Below are positions 35,982-46,544 of a stretch of DNA of 64,000 nt, piece by piece. Position 1 is the stretch's first letter, and the number at the start of each line of letters is the position of its first letter. Where the stretch lies: IMG/VR virus record IMGVR_UViG_3300020404_000006; one strand, written 5' to 3'. Both the position numbers and the translations under genes were made by a program. Below the pieces are notes generated by a model. It worked only from the letters and a program-made list of their open reading frames with translations, was not told where the DNA came from and ran no database searches. The DNA comes from a virus.

Positions 35982-36610
35982 TCTGAAGGTAATGGTACAG
36001 TTCTCATTGTTTTGTAGACAAGACTTGCTCTAAGTCCACGATATACTTCATTTGGTGGCATACCATGATGCCATATGTTCCCCTTGAAGAACACAACTCT
36101 GCCTGGGGCAGGGTCTACACCTTGCCATTCATCATTTAATTTATACTTTATCTGTCCTCCCCACTCTGGTTGCCAATGTTTATTAATATAGTAAACAAAA
36201 CTTATACCGTTATCACATGTGCAATCTTGATGAGGCGTTGTATTATGTATCCACTGTTGTCCATTTATCATTATCTCACCAAGTTCCACTTCAAATGGAA
36301 GTGTGTGCATAACTGCACTGTAGATCATTTTGAAGGAACTATCCTGTGCAATATCATTTCTGTCTGGAGGAAATATTTGTTGTTTCAATGCTGGTGCTTC
36401 TTCCCATGTTGGGTCTGCACCGACATCTCTACCATCTTCGGCATATCCACTGGTATGTCCCCAGAACCAGTTGTATCCTGTCATCACCATGTCATGTACT
36501 TGGTGAACAAACCAAGGCGGAAACATGTAGTCTACAACATAGACTTCATCCTTAGTCAGATCGTACTGTGACCAATCTAAGAATTGCTTTCTGCAATCAA
36601 TGTGTATCAT
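35978..36610 (-). CDS. 2OG-Fe(II) oxygenase
   Basis: TPHQD ... WQPEWGG ... IWHHG ... LRASLVYK. Confidence 0.82.
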   Translation of the reverse strand: MIHIDCRKQFLDWSQYDLTKDEVYVVDYMFPPWFVHQVHDMVMTGYNWFWGHTSGYAEDGRDVGADPTWEEAPALKQQIFPPDRNDIAQDSSFKMIYSAVMHTLPFEVELGEIMINGQQWIHNTTPHQDCTCDNGISFVYYINKHWQPEWGGQIKYKLNDEWQGVDPAPGRVVFFKGNIWHHGMPPNEVYRGLRASLVYKTMRTVPLPSE

Positions 36611-36612
36611 AG

Positions 36613-36810
36613 TTAATAAAGCCAGTCCTCATACTCGCCATCTACATCTAGTTCAGCGATTCTTCTCTCTTCTAATTCTCTCATGTCATCATGTAGTCTC
36701 TCCACAGGTGTTTTTTTCTTGTGCATTTTCTGATACTGATTTGCAGCAAGATTGTCTAAAAAATCATTCATCATAAGTATAATGTTGGTTTTGAGATTTA
36801 AAACTTTCAA
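36613..36810 (-). CDS. Small hypothetical protein
   Basis: ORF track. Confidence 0.45.
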   Translation of the reverse strand: MKVLNLKTNIILMMNDFLDNLAANQYQKMHKKKTPVERLHDDMRELEERRIAELDVDGEYEDWLY

Positions 36811-36882
36811 CCTGTTCTTTGGTTTTAAAGAACTTAAAAAGTTTTACATCTGAATGTTCTTTAAGTTGATACTTTACCTTAA

Positions 36883-38523
36883 TCATAAGTCATACCCAAA
36901 CTCTGCCCAGTTGTAATCTTCTATCGCTAATGCGTTTTTTTCGTTTGTTTTCTGTCTAGAATTGATGTATCCTATTGCTTGTAGGAAACCCCAAGCCCTA
37001 GTCTCATCTTCATTCCTCAGACTCCTCATAGCTTTCGCTCCATTTATATAGTGGTTTATTTTGGGTACGTTTGCGTTGATCAATTCATTCATTTCTTGTG
37101 TTTTGACCACGATTGCGTTATCGTATGTACCACAATCGCCTGGTATAGATCCGCCTGGAGGAACATTAGCGTAACCAATGGCATTTCCACCAGCATCTGT
37201 ACCACCCACACCAATAAAAATTCTCTGTCCTTCTGTTGCATAAGTGGTGCTAGATGGAGAACCATCTTCATCAACTGTACTGTAGGTAGGCCAGTTGGTT
37301 GTTCCTACATAATATTCAGCTCTACCATTACCAACTGCTGGCTCTGGATCTTCAATAACCTGTCTCCATTGTGCGGTGATGTTAGGATCACCATTGTTAA
37401 TTAGATCTAATTGGTGTCCTTTTCCTATGTTTACATTCTTGGCAATACCAATCTCTACTGGGTCGATTGGATTCTTAGATGATTCAAACTGAAGATCTTC
37501 TATATCGCCTGGTCTTACAACTATGAAAGAACTGTTTATGCCTGCTGTGGTAGGTTGTTGACTCAAGTTTGCAAAGTAATAATCAGATACAATGCCAATG
37601 TAGAATGACGTTCCTATGTCCTTGTTAACTGTGATACTCACGGCATTACTCAATTCAAACACATTGAGAACCATTTGTGCAGCGGATGTAATACCTGTGT
37701 TATCAGTATAAGTTATAATACCTACAGCAGTTGAAATACCTGTGATGGTAGTTCCAGATGCAACCATCCCTCCTCCACTTTTACCTGTATCACCATATAC
37801 AAAATCTCCTACACTAAAGTGTGTAAATATACCAATTTTACCATCGGCATAAATTTTGTTATCACCAGATGTACAGAATCCAGATAGAGGATAAACCTCA
37901 GCAGGGTATGGTGTCAGTCCAAATCCAAGAACACTTGTAGCATTACCTGATGGAAATATGGTTGGATTTATAAGAGCATCAGTAATCAAATCTCCTGTTC
38001 TAATGCCAGGATTTCTACCTGTGGTAAAACCAGTTAAGTATTCTGCATCAGCGTCGAATATCACCATGGCAGTACTACCTACGTTGACATCAGCGTTATC
38101 AATAGTCTCTACAACATTAGCACCATACTCCATGTTCTTTGGATACTTGAAATACTTAGCTCCGTAGAATCCCAAGTACTGATATGTGCCAGAATCTTTT
38201 TGACACTCCCATACCTGTACTTCTACATCATCATCATCACCAAATCTACTAAAATCAGATGTCCCTACTTGAACCCATGCTAAGTCACTCCTACATCCAT
38301 GAGATATTCTCTCCAGATACGCATTTTGAACAGCCGTTATTGCTGTGTTGATGGGATCAATGAGTGGAGGTAGTTTACTATCCAGTTTAATAATTATCTC
38401 ATCGAACTCGTCAATGAGTGCATCAGTCAATGCTAACTGTTCTGCAAGAACTTTACCCTCTTGTTTTTGGGTTTCGTTACTATCTCGTAATCTTTTCGCA
38501 ATTTTCTTTGGATCAGCAGCCAT
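36883..38523 (-). CDS. Cyanophage virion structural protein (baseplate/tail operon)
   Basis: 546 aa; GISTAVG-type repeats; coupled to the gp5 region. Confidence 0.6.
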   Translation of the reverse strand: MAADPKKIAKRLRDSNETQKQEGKVLAEQLALTDALIDEFDEIIIKLDSKLPPLIDPINTAITAVQNAYLERISHGCRSDLAWVQVGTSDFSRFGDDDDVEVQVWECQKDSGTYQYLGFYGAKYFKYPKNMEYGANVVETIDNADVNVGSTAMVIFDADAEYLTGFTTGRNPGIRTGDLITDALINPTIFPSGNATSVLGFGLTPYPAEVYPLSGFCTSGDNKIYADGKIGIFTHFSVGDFVYGDTGKSGGGMVASGTTITGISTAVGIITYTDNTGITSAAQMVLNVFELSNAVSITVNKDIGTSFYIGIVSDYYFANLSQQPTTAGINSSFIVVRPGDIEDLQFESSKNPIDPVEIGIAKNVNIGKGHQLDLINNGDPNITAQWRQVIEDPEPAVGNGRAEYYVGTTNWPTYSTVDEDGSPSSTTYATEGQRIFIGVGGTDAGGNAIGYANVPPGGSIPGDCGTYDNAIVVKTQEMNELINANVPKINHYINGAKAMRSLRNEDETRAWGFLQAIGYINSRQKTNEKNALAIEDYNWAEFGYDL

Positions 38524-39377
38524 TAGGTTCCATCTCCCTCATATTCTACAACTAATTTAGGAACATCTTTACGTTCAGCACAGACTAGATAACTGCAACG
38601 TATGTTGTGAGTTTTGAAATTATGTGGATTTACTATTATACTTAATGTATCTCCTTTTGAAACAGTATAACACAAATTTTGATTAATTCCAATAGGAGTT
38701 AAATGAACTGTTATGCTATCCTCATGAACCAGATCTTTCCAATAGTCTGGCAGTTCAATCACATTCTCTCCTTTCAATACTCCTCTAACATATACACCAA
38801 CCTCAGGACCCTCAATACAAGCATGTGCAAGACGATGACCTTCTCCTTTAGATGGGTGCGGAATATCAAACTTTTTGAAAGGTGCAGCAACTGAACCAAA
38901 TGCCCCAAAACCTGCAAATATCTTTGCACAAGTTATGTTGCCACCAACTGCAAGTAAACCAGCTATGGTAGCGAATCCAGCAACATTTATATTTGCGTTG
39001 AATTGAGATATGGCATTACCAACCTTCAATCCGTTCATGGTATTAATACCATTTGTAATACTTGCGGAGTTTCTAATCGTAGCACCAAACTTTGTACACA
39101 ATCCTGTAAAGTTACTGACTGCTATGACATTTAATACCCCATAGTAATTGGATATACCATGAACCTGTAAAGATAATGGTGCTGGAAAACTCATTGGAGG
39201 TCCAATCATGACCGTTGCCATTGGAACTCCAATATTAGGAACTAATCCAAAGTATGCAGGACCATTCGCCACCAAAGTGCCAGGAAATACCTTCGGTATG
39301 CCTGGCAAAAATGATGTGTCTAGTGCTCCGATGACAACCTTGTCACCGAACATTCCTATCGAAGCCGTTGCTGCCAT
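38523..39377 (-). CDS. gp5-region structural protein (FDIPHP...EGPE C-terminus)
   Basis: Beta-repeat core plus FDIPHPSK..HRLAHACIEGPEVGVYVRG domain. Confidence 0.65.
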   Translation of the reverse strand: MAATASIGMFGDKVVIGALDTSFLPGIPKVFPGTLVANGPAYFGLVPNIGVPMATVMIGPPMSFPAPLSLQVHGISNYYGVLNVIAVSNFTGLCTKFGATIRNSASITNGINTMNGLKVGNAISQFNANINVAGFATIAGLLAVGGNITCAKIFAGFGAFGSVAAPFKKFDIPHPSKGEGHRLAHACIEGPEVGVYVRGVLKGENVIELPDYWKDLVHEDSITVHLTPIGINQNLCYTVSKGDTLSIIVNPHNFKTHNIRCSYLVCAERKDVPKLVVEYEGDGT

Positions 39378-39949
39378 TATAAGAAGTCCTTAAATCTATC
39401 GAAGGCACCGATCAAAGCGCCAAGAAATCCACCCTGTATCTTATCGGTTTGTGTACCTATATCAACTGATGATCCACCAGAGACCTCAACGAAGTTACCA
39501 CCAAGAGAAAGGTTCTTAGTACCAAGAACATTTGTGTTACTGGCATCTAAGTTGAGAATAGGAGTCTTTCCTATGTAGATTTGCTCGCCTCCTCTCATAG
39601 TAAGTTCACCAGAGGCATCAAATCTTATATTTCTACCCTTTAATAATATATCACCATCTTGAGCTTCTATCACAATATGTCCGTATGCAGCACAAATAAT
39701 TTTACTGGGTTCGTCCTCCTTTCCTCTTATACCTACAGTTTCGTATGAACATCCATTTACAACTAACTTTTGAAGTCCATTCTTATAGAAAGAAATGCCT
39801 TGGTTATTATCAGTGATTACAGAATAGTCTGTCTCTTGTCCCTTTAAGTTTCCATCAGTAATTTTGACACCAGAAGTGACACGAAAGCCTGGATTGGTAA
39901 TGAAATATTCATTATCAGTTGTACTAACAACTTTTGGTTCAGTTGCCAT
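39377..39949 (-). CDS. gp5 C-terminal-like beta-helix spike protein
   Basis: Short beta repeats (GDILLKGRNIRFDASGELT); directly downstream of gp5. Confidence 0.55.
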   Translation of the reverse strand: MATEPKVVSTTDNEYFITNPGFRVTSGVKITDGNLKGQETDYSVITDNNQGISFYKNGLQKLVVNGCSYETVGIRGKEDEPSKIICAAYGHIVIEAQDGDILLKGRNIRFDASGELTMRGGEQIYIGKTPILNLDASNTNVLGTKNLSLGGNFVEVSGGSSVDIGTQTDKIQGGFLGALIGAFDRFKDFL

Positions 39950-42900
39950 TAGTATCCACCTCCGTAGCCTCCGCCACCCGATCCACCAGACCCGCCGCCA
40001 CCAGAAGGAGGAGGACTAGGAGGAGGGGTGCTCGGCGGAGTTGATGGTGGAGTTTGTTGTTGAGGTTGTTGAGGCTGTTGTGGAGCTGGTGTAGTTTCTT
40101 GTGGGGCTGTTGTATTAACAGATGGTGTAGAACTATCAGGTGTAACGGCAGGGGCATTTGTAGTCTCCGTTGTTGTAGTTGTCTCAGTAGGACTCGCAGT
40201 TGGACTAGGTGTTGTAGTGGTTGATGAAGGAGTGTAGGTAATCACTGGTGGTTGACCTAGACTTTCTTCTTTCGTATTATATATTGTGGCGTGTGGTGAA
40301 GATATATGAGTAGGTCCTACCATCTTAACTACTTTTCCATCATCTCGTACATGAACATGGAAGTCGCCATAATATGGATTACCATTGACCCAACCAACTT
40401 GTGTTGTACGTTGACTGTAAACACAATCAACCACCTTGACAAACAGAGTTCCACCTCTACCTGACTCATCAGTTGGCAGAATTCCACCTCCAACAACACC
40501 TCCGTCTATACTTGGTCTCTCTCCAATATCTGAAACATAATCAGGACTGTATGACATAATTGGATACAATCTAGCACCAATTCCTGTTCTCGTATCTATC
40601 GAGACTGTCGGAATCTTTTTATGTTTATCTTGACACCTGATATTATTGATTCCAGCAATAGACCCTGCTGGAGTCACAACCAAATCAAAAGAACAATCTC
40701 CTACTCTACCTTTATCTCCAGAAGTATATCCAATTCCAGGCCTATAGGGAACAAGATCAGTAACAATACCAACTGCCTCACTACCAATACCAGAAACACC
40801 TCTGGTTGTAAAGTTATAGGTATCAGTTCTGGCCATACCAGCAAACTGATTATCAAAGAGATCCATGAATGAACCCTCAGACATAGAGATATAATACTCA
40901 GTATTGAATCTTAGGTCATTCTTTGGGTCTATCTTAATGATTCTATCAGATAGGAATGATATTCTATTATTATTTACATTAATTCTTTCATGTACAACAT
41001 TAGTGCCAGCTTCCGTAATGGTAACATCCCCATTACCTTTTGTTATTGGTTCATTGAATGTGATAGACAATGATACAGAAGTCTGAACACCTACTGCATC
41101 ATCAGCGGGTGTGGTAAATGTAATGAAAGGATTTTCATCATCAGTATCCTCTGTGACAGGGAATTTTGGAGGAACTACATTAGTCGAAGGGCAGTATCCC
41201 TCTCCAGGCGATAACATGTAGATGTCAACAATAGATCCATTTTCATCTATGATCGCTTCAGCATTAGCACCGCCACCATGTCTGGTCTTGTCTATAATTG
41301 AAATCTTTGGAACTACCGTATAATTTAAGCCTGGTTCTAGTATCTCTAGAGTAAGAATACTTCCATCTATAGCTGAAACTATAGGCATGAGAACAGCAGT
41401 TTTTGTTCCATCACCATGAACTTCTACCTTAGGCGGAATACACTCACTCCATGTAAATCCTGGCGGCACTGCATCACCAAGATCATCTTGTGTTTGTGGG
41501 TTCTGTGTTCTAGCAGTGCAATCAAAAAATTCGTCAGCACCCATGCCTATCATACTGAGAAGTGAGAATTTAGCTGTTGCACTATATGCTCCATCACCAG
41601 TAGTGTCTGCTGCTCCAACAAAATTTTCAAACTTCTGTAAGAATTTCATGTTGTCAAGAACTTTTCCAAATTTTAGATTTGGTTTTTCTATAGCACCTAC
41701 TCCCTGTGTCCAATCGTCATAGTCTTTACATTTTAAATTAGCACAAGCAAAGAATCCCAATATCATATTAGCATAACTACTGATCTTCGATAACAGACTA
41801 CCAACCTTACCCAAAGAACCAGTCAACCAATCTAATCCGTCTAAAAGTGGTTTTAATGCTGCGAGTATTTTATCATAGATATCTGCCAAAATATTTGCAA
41901 TGAACTGTTCAACGGCACATACGGAGGGATTCAGTGCCTTTCCTATCATATCCTTGAACATATTCAGCAACATACCCAAGAAGTCTATGTTGAAAAGACA
42001 GAATAAGATGTCAAGTATTTTTTGTAGAGCTTTTATAACAGGAGACTTCTGTGGTTCTGGTATGATCAGTGCTTGTAGATTTCTGAATACCTTTGTTACC
42101 AGAGCAATAACTTTGTCTCTGATCATATTGACTATCTTTTTAACCGCAGCAGATACTAACTTAGCAGCCTTTCTGACTAACTTATTAATATCTTGAAGCA
42201 GATTGTTTGCAGTATCAATATAAGAACCAGCAAACTCAGTAAGTGAGTTTACTGTGGTTAGAAAACTACCAATCGTATGTGCAATATCACTCAAAGGACC
42301 GTCTTCACAGCCATTGTTCATACTATGAGGACCTAGTTGAGTATTAGAAAATGTTGTTTCTGACTTCCTATCGTTAGATACACCTTCATTTCCATTCTCT
42401 AGTTCGCCTGGTGAGTTTTTCTTTTCTTCACCAACTTTATTATCTGCGTTTAATTTTGTTTGACTCTCTCCAGTTGGTGATGAGTCTCCCCCTATTGGTT
42501 TGTTTTCATCATTAGGCATGGTGGTCATCCCATCAATACCCGCTCTTCTACCTGACATTACCTTGAAGGCATTATTCTCAGCGTCTACATTATCACTCTC
42601 TTGAATAGAGGAGGTAGCATTTTGGGGACCTAATTCTGGATTTATATTCCTTGCTAATGCACCAAAGATGACTGGTTGTTGTGCCTCTTCACCATCCAAG
42701 AAGAAACCAAAGACAGTTTCTCCACCAAGCATTTTTGACTTTTCACCTATAGTCGCTCCTCCAGCACCAGAGTTGGGATCCACCATGACATGTGCCCAAG
42801 GCAATTCCGCCTCACTCATCACGGCTTCATCGAATGGGTGATAACCTATTATTCTTACTTTACATCTATATGCCCAACCCTTTTTAGTATCAGTAGACGA

Positions 42901-42996
42901 ATTCTTCCAAACTGCTGGATCGGCAACTCTACCAATCCACCATATAAATCCGTCTTTTCCAACAAAGTTGGTTTGTGCAAGGGTGGTATCTAACAT
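39949..42996 (-). CDS. gp5: Baseplate hub subunit gp5-like (OB-fold N-terminus, Ig-like domain, P/T/Q/G-rich tail)
   Basis: WWIGRV...RCKVRIIGYH...LPWAHVM...GETVFGFFLDG. Confidence 0.8.
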   Translation of the reverse strand: MLDTTLAQTNFVGKDGFIWWIGRVADPAVWKNSSTDTKKGWAYRCKVRIIGYHPFDEAVMSEAELPWAHVMVDPNSGAGGATIGEKSKMLGGETVFGFFLDGEEAQQPVIFGALARNINPELGPQNATSSIQESDNVDAENNAFKVMSGRRAGIDGMTTMPNDENKPIGGDSSPTGESQTKLNADNKVGEEKKNSPGELENGNEGVSNDRKSETTFSNTQLGPHSMNNGCEDGPLSDIAHTIGSFLTTVNSLTEFAGSYIDTANNLLQDINKLVRKAAKLVSAAVKKIVNMIRDKVIALVTKVFRNLQALIIPEPQKSPVIKALQKILDILFCLFNIDFLGMLLNMFKDMIGKALNPSVCAVEQFIANILADIYDKILAALKPLLDGLDWLTGSLGKVGSLLSKISSYANMILGFFACANLKCKDYDDWTQGVGAIEKPNLKFGKVLDNMKFLQKFENFVGAADTTGDGAYSATAKFSLLSMIGMGADEFFDCTARTQNPQTQDDLGDAVPPGFTWSECIPPKVEVHGDGTKTAVLMPIVSAIDGSILTLEILEPGLNYTVVPKISIIDKTRHGGGANAEAIIDENGSIVDIYMLSPGEGYCPSTNVVPPKFPVTEDTDDENPFITFTTPADDAVGVQTSVSLSITFNEPITKGNGDVTITEAGTNVVHERINVNNNRISFLSDRIIKIDPKNDLRFNTEYYISMSEGSFMDLFDNQFAGMARTDTYNFTTRGVSGIGSEAVGIVTDLVPYRPGIGYTSGDKGRVGDCSFDLVVTPAGSIAGINNIRCQDKHKKIPTVSIDTRTGIGARLYPIMSYSPDYVSDIGERPSIDGGVVGGGILPTDESGRGGTLFVKVVDCVYSQRTTQVGWVNGNPYYGDFHVHVRDDGKVVKMVGPTHISSPHATIYNTKEESLGQPPVITYTPSSTTTTPSPTASPTETTTTTETTNAPAVTPDSSTPSVNTTAPQETTPAPQQPQQPQQQTPPSTPPSTPPPSPPPSGGGGSGGSGGGGYGGGY

Positions 42997-43002
42997 CAGG
43001 CA

Positions 43003-43230
43003 TTAATCGTCATAAATTAAGCACTCAGGCTCGTCTGGGTTTACTTCACAAAATAACTCTAGTGCGGTAGGATCGTGATGATCTCCAGACTCAATCTCTT
43101 GACGGTGATTATGAGAGTAAACTTCTAATTCATGAAGTTCTTCTTTGATATGCCTACGAGCAGCAGGACTTGTTGTGGGATCTTCTAAGATCTCCTTATC
43201 TTTTTGAATGTGTTTCTCTAAACTTTCCAT
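43003..43230 (-). CDS. cp12: Calvin-cycle inhibitor CP12
   Basis: DPTALELFCEVNPDEPECLIYDD C-terminal signature. Confidence 0.93.
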   Translation of the reverse strand: MESLEKHIQKDKEILEDPTTSPAARRHIKEELHELEVYSHNHRQEIESGDHHDPTALELFCEVNPDEPECLIYDD

Positions 43231-43239
43231 TTTTCCTCC

Positions 43240-44652
43240 TTATTGGATGCCATATGAATCTCTAATGAGATTTAGGGAGGTGACATTTCTCCCCTCAGTT
43301 ATTTCAAAGTGGTGTCGTACACTACGGATAACAAAGAATCCACTTTGTTCAGAGTCTGTTTGCTTCTGACCTCTAGGTGATTTGCTATGCGTATCACCTA
43401 CCTCTGGAAGTTCTACTCTAATTATACTCCCTACTCTTAATAGAGGATTACAGGGTACACTTATATTTAGGGACTGTTGGAAGAGCATTGTGTATCTAGT
43501 AAAGGCTTTTGCCATATCACTAGGATCTCTACCCTGTCCCTCTACATCTTCAGCAGATTCCTCAAGGCCTAGGTTCCACATTCCCCTATCACCCATTCTT
43601 ACAAGAACTCTTGAAGCATATTTGGTAAGATCTCCCTGTGGAATAGGAACATCTTCACCAGATCGCTTCAAATTGTCTTCTTTTACGTTATCCTTTAGAC
43701 TGTATTTCACCACATCTAACTTCCATTTTAACGGATCATACACATATGTCAAGTTACTATAAAGACCAACCCTTAAATTTTTCTGTAAATCTGTTGTTTT
43801 GTCTATACTAGCAAAAAGAATTTTATAATTATTTGATTCATCGTTTGAACTAATTAAAGTTGAATGAGTATATGTTGGGATACTATAGTCATTCATGAGT
43901 TTCTCTCCGTCATCTGGATAGTCCACTTGAGTAGCATCCACCATTTTATCTACTGACTTAAACTTATATCCATCATAATCTTCATAGAAAAAGAATCCAG
44001 AGGTTCCTTTTCCTTCTGCTTTTACTCCTTCTCCCGATGTACCTGATACTGTAGATGTTGTTGGAACTGCTTTTGGGCATAACCATTGTATAGTATAGAA
44101 TGGTTTTCTCATGTTACCTATGAAACCATAAGGAGTAATACTCTTCTCAATGCTCATCCTATCTTCATCAATTAGTAGAACATCTGTTAGTATGTTCTTA
44201 ACGTGTTCACTTATTAGTCCTTTTTCATATCTTTTCACGACTCTAGTAGTCTCATTTGAAAGATTACTCAGAGTACAGCACTTAAGAGTGAATGTCTCCT
44301 GTCCTTCAACTTGACTAACTTTTTCAATGGAAGAAACATATAAGGGATTTCCATTTTCCTCAGTAAACTTAACATCACCAAATGCAGTTCCTATAATAAG
44401 ATCAATTCTCTCATACCCTCTTATAGGTACTAAAGATAAGAGACCAGAAGTATCAGAGCATAACAATCTCACTGTTATTGCTGGAGATAAGAGATCCTCA
44501 AAATAATCACATTGCACAACTGAGTTCTTAATTTCGAGAGAATCTACTCCCTCTTTATTTGAGTCACTAGAACCACCCCTCTTGAGAGTAATGTTATTCT
44601 CAGGGGTGATTAAAACTTGTTTGAAATCAGCGTACAGTAAGGAATATGCCAT
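43240..44652 (-). CDS. Baseplate hub / tail protein (gp27-like position)
   Basis: YFEDLLSP, FFFYEDYDGYKFKS, ISVPCNPLLRVG, SGFFVIRSVRH; upstream of gp5. Confidence 0.6.
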   Translation of the reverse strand: MAYSLLYADFKQVLITPENNITLKRGGSSDSNKEGVDSLEIKNSVVQCDYFEDLLSPAITVRLLCSDTSGLLSLVPIRGYERIDLIIGTAFGDVKFTEENGNPLYVSSIEKVSQVEGQETFTLKCCTLSNLSNETTRVVKRYEKGLISEHVKNILTDVLLIDEDRMSIEKSITPYGFIGNMRKPFYTIQWLCPKAVPTTSTVSGTSGEGVKAEGKGTSGFFFYEDYDGYKFKSVDKMVDATQVDYPDDGEKLMNDYSIPTYTHSTLISSNDESNNYKILFASIDKTTDLQKNLRVGLYSNLTYVYDPLKWKLDVVKYSLKDNVKEDNLKRSGEDVPIPQGDLTKYASRVLVRMGDRGMWNLGLEESAEDVEGQGRDPSDMAKAFTRYTMLFQQSLNISVPCNPLLRVGSIIRVELPEVGDTHSKSPRGQKQTDSEQSGFFVIRSVRHHFEITEGRNVTSLNLIRDSYGIQ

Positions 44653-46544
44653 CAGGTTCTAGCTAAATTGTTAAGTTGAATTTGAGAAAGAATTGCTCCA
44701 ACATCTGTTATTGGCATTATTTGTGGAGAACCATCACCTCCTGATCCTGTTGCAACCACTCCAGCCTGAGCAGTTTGCAACTGTGGAGTAAGTGCAATAA
44801 GTTGTGGAGGTGATCCAGCTGGATCATCATAAGGCATATATCCCTCTGGAGATAATTGAGCAATCATATTAGGATTATTTGGATTGAGAGATGACTGATC
44901 TCCCATAGGATCAGTAGATTCAGTGAATCCCATTGCTCCTTTATGACTCCTAACACTGGCAGCAGCCTCTGCCTTAGTAATACTTCCATCACCATTCTTA
45001 TCTAAACCTGCATTTTGATCGTATGCTATGCCTCTATATCCCTCTATTGCACCCTTACCAAAGAGAACAAAATCATCTGGTTTACCTACAGCAACAGGGA
45101 ATAAAATTGACATGTAAAGATCATCAAGATTTCCACCTTCAATTCCTTTATTTGAAAAATACTTGTCAACATATTTTAATTGTTCAGTTCTTGTCATCTT
45201 TGATAGTTCTTCAGTAGATGTTCCCAATCCTTTTGCTGTTGATGGCATGAATTGAATCAAACCAGTAGCACCAGACCCCTGCATATTTTTCTTTGATGGA
45301 TCAAATGTCCCACCAGACTCAAAGCTCATTACAGCATATAGATCTTGCACACTTACATTATATTTTTGTGCAAGTTCATTAACTCCTCGTTGAAAATCTA
45401 GATCATTTGCAACTTTTGTAGGCACTTCACCTGTGTCAACAGTTAGACTCAACATGCTACTTTGTGATGAAACACTACTGGGATTGGCAGCTGCCATGAA
45501 CTCTGCAACTACCTTAAAAGGATCTTTTTGAATTCGTTCCTGTAACTTTTCTAATTCAGTCTTAGTTCTAAGATAGTTCTTAAGTTCCTCTGAGCCAGGT
45601 GGTAGACTTATTCCCCCAGCATCTCGAAATTGCTTTTCATTTTCTTCCAACTGTGCTTTAACTACTTCATTAATTTTTTCAATATCACTTTTTTCAGTTT
45701 TCTTGTCTTTGTCGTTTTTAGGTCCAAACACGGTATTCCACAAGTTACTAGTCGTGTTCTTTATAATGTTCCTGCCTTTCTTTGAAAGAGGATTTACAAC
45801 ATTTATTCCAAAACCAAGAGAATATACACCGTCATCAACTTTACCACCAGTAACTTTTCTGATGTCTTTCATTACCTTTTTGCGTAAATTATTCAACTTT
45901 TCGCCTACGGATGGACCTTCCTCCTCACCCATAAAGGCACCTTGTTTAGCAAGAAATTTGAATCTATCCATCAACTCTCCAAACTGTTCTACATTTTTCT
46001 TATCCAGACTTTGATCCTCAGTTGCCAGTCTATCATTCATTCTTTCTAGAGTACTATCATCAGAGTTAACTTCTGACTCAGTAATTTCTTCTGGACCTTT
46101 CTGAGATACTGCTTGAAGATCTTTCTTCTTGTCTAATGCTATGTCTTTATTCTCATCAGCAGTGGTTTCTACTTTTTTTAGTCCTTCGTCTCTAACCTTT
46201 TGTTCTTCATCGAGATCTTTCTGCATTGCTTTTTCGTTTCCACCATATTGGGTTTGGAGAAGTTCCTCTGTAGATCTCTCCTTTGACATCATTTGTCCCA
46301 AAACTAGAGGCAACATTATAGCACCACCAAGTAACATTTTATTCACTTTTGCACTCCTCCCACCACCGAAATTTTTTGCAAATAATCTAGCTTTTTTTAA
46401 TGTTTTCTTACTAGGAATATCCTTTGAAATACCTTTAGATATGACACCCATAAAGCGGGAAAATCGATCTATAGATGATTCAGATTTATCTACAGACTTC
46501 TGAGCCTTCTGTCGGATACCTGTTATTTTAGATTTATTCTTCAT
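44652..46544 (-). CDS. Baseplate hub/tape-measure-like protein with lysozyme-like (transglycosylase) domain
   Basis: VMSFESGGTFDP...GATGLIQFMPSTA; DKNGDGSIT EF-hand-like loop. Confidence 0.7.
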   Translation of the reverse strand: MKNKSKITGIRQKAQKSVDKSESSIDRFSRFMGVISKGISKDIPSKKTLKKARLFAKNFGGGRSAKVNKMLLGGAIMLPLVLGQMMSKERSTEELLQTQYGGNEKAMQKDLDEEQKVRDEGLKKVETTADENKDIALDKKKDLQAVSQKGPEEITESEVNSDDSTLERMNDRLATEDQSLDKKNVEQFGELMDRFKFLAKQGAFMGEEEGPSVGEKLNNLRKKVMKDIRKVTGGKVDDGVYSLGFGINVVNPLSKKGRNIIKNTTSNLWNTVFGPKNDKDKKTEKSDIEKINEVVKAQLEENEKQFRDAGGISLPPGSEELKNYLRTKTELEKLQERIQKDPFKVVAEFMAAANPSSVSSQSSMLSLTVDTGEVPTKVANDLDFQRGVNELAQKYNVSVQDLYAVMSFESGGTFDPSKKNMQGSGATGLIQFMPSTAKGLGTSTEELSKMTRTEQLKYVDKYFSNKGIEGGNLDDLYMSILFPVAVGKPDDFVLFGKGAIEGYRGIAYDQNAGLDKNGDGSITKAEAAASVRSHKGAMGFTESTDPMGDQSSLNPNNPNMIAQLSPEGYMPYDDPAGSPPQLIALTPQLQTAQAGVVATGSGGDGSPQIMPITDVGAILSQIQLNNLART

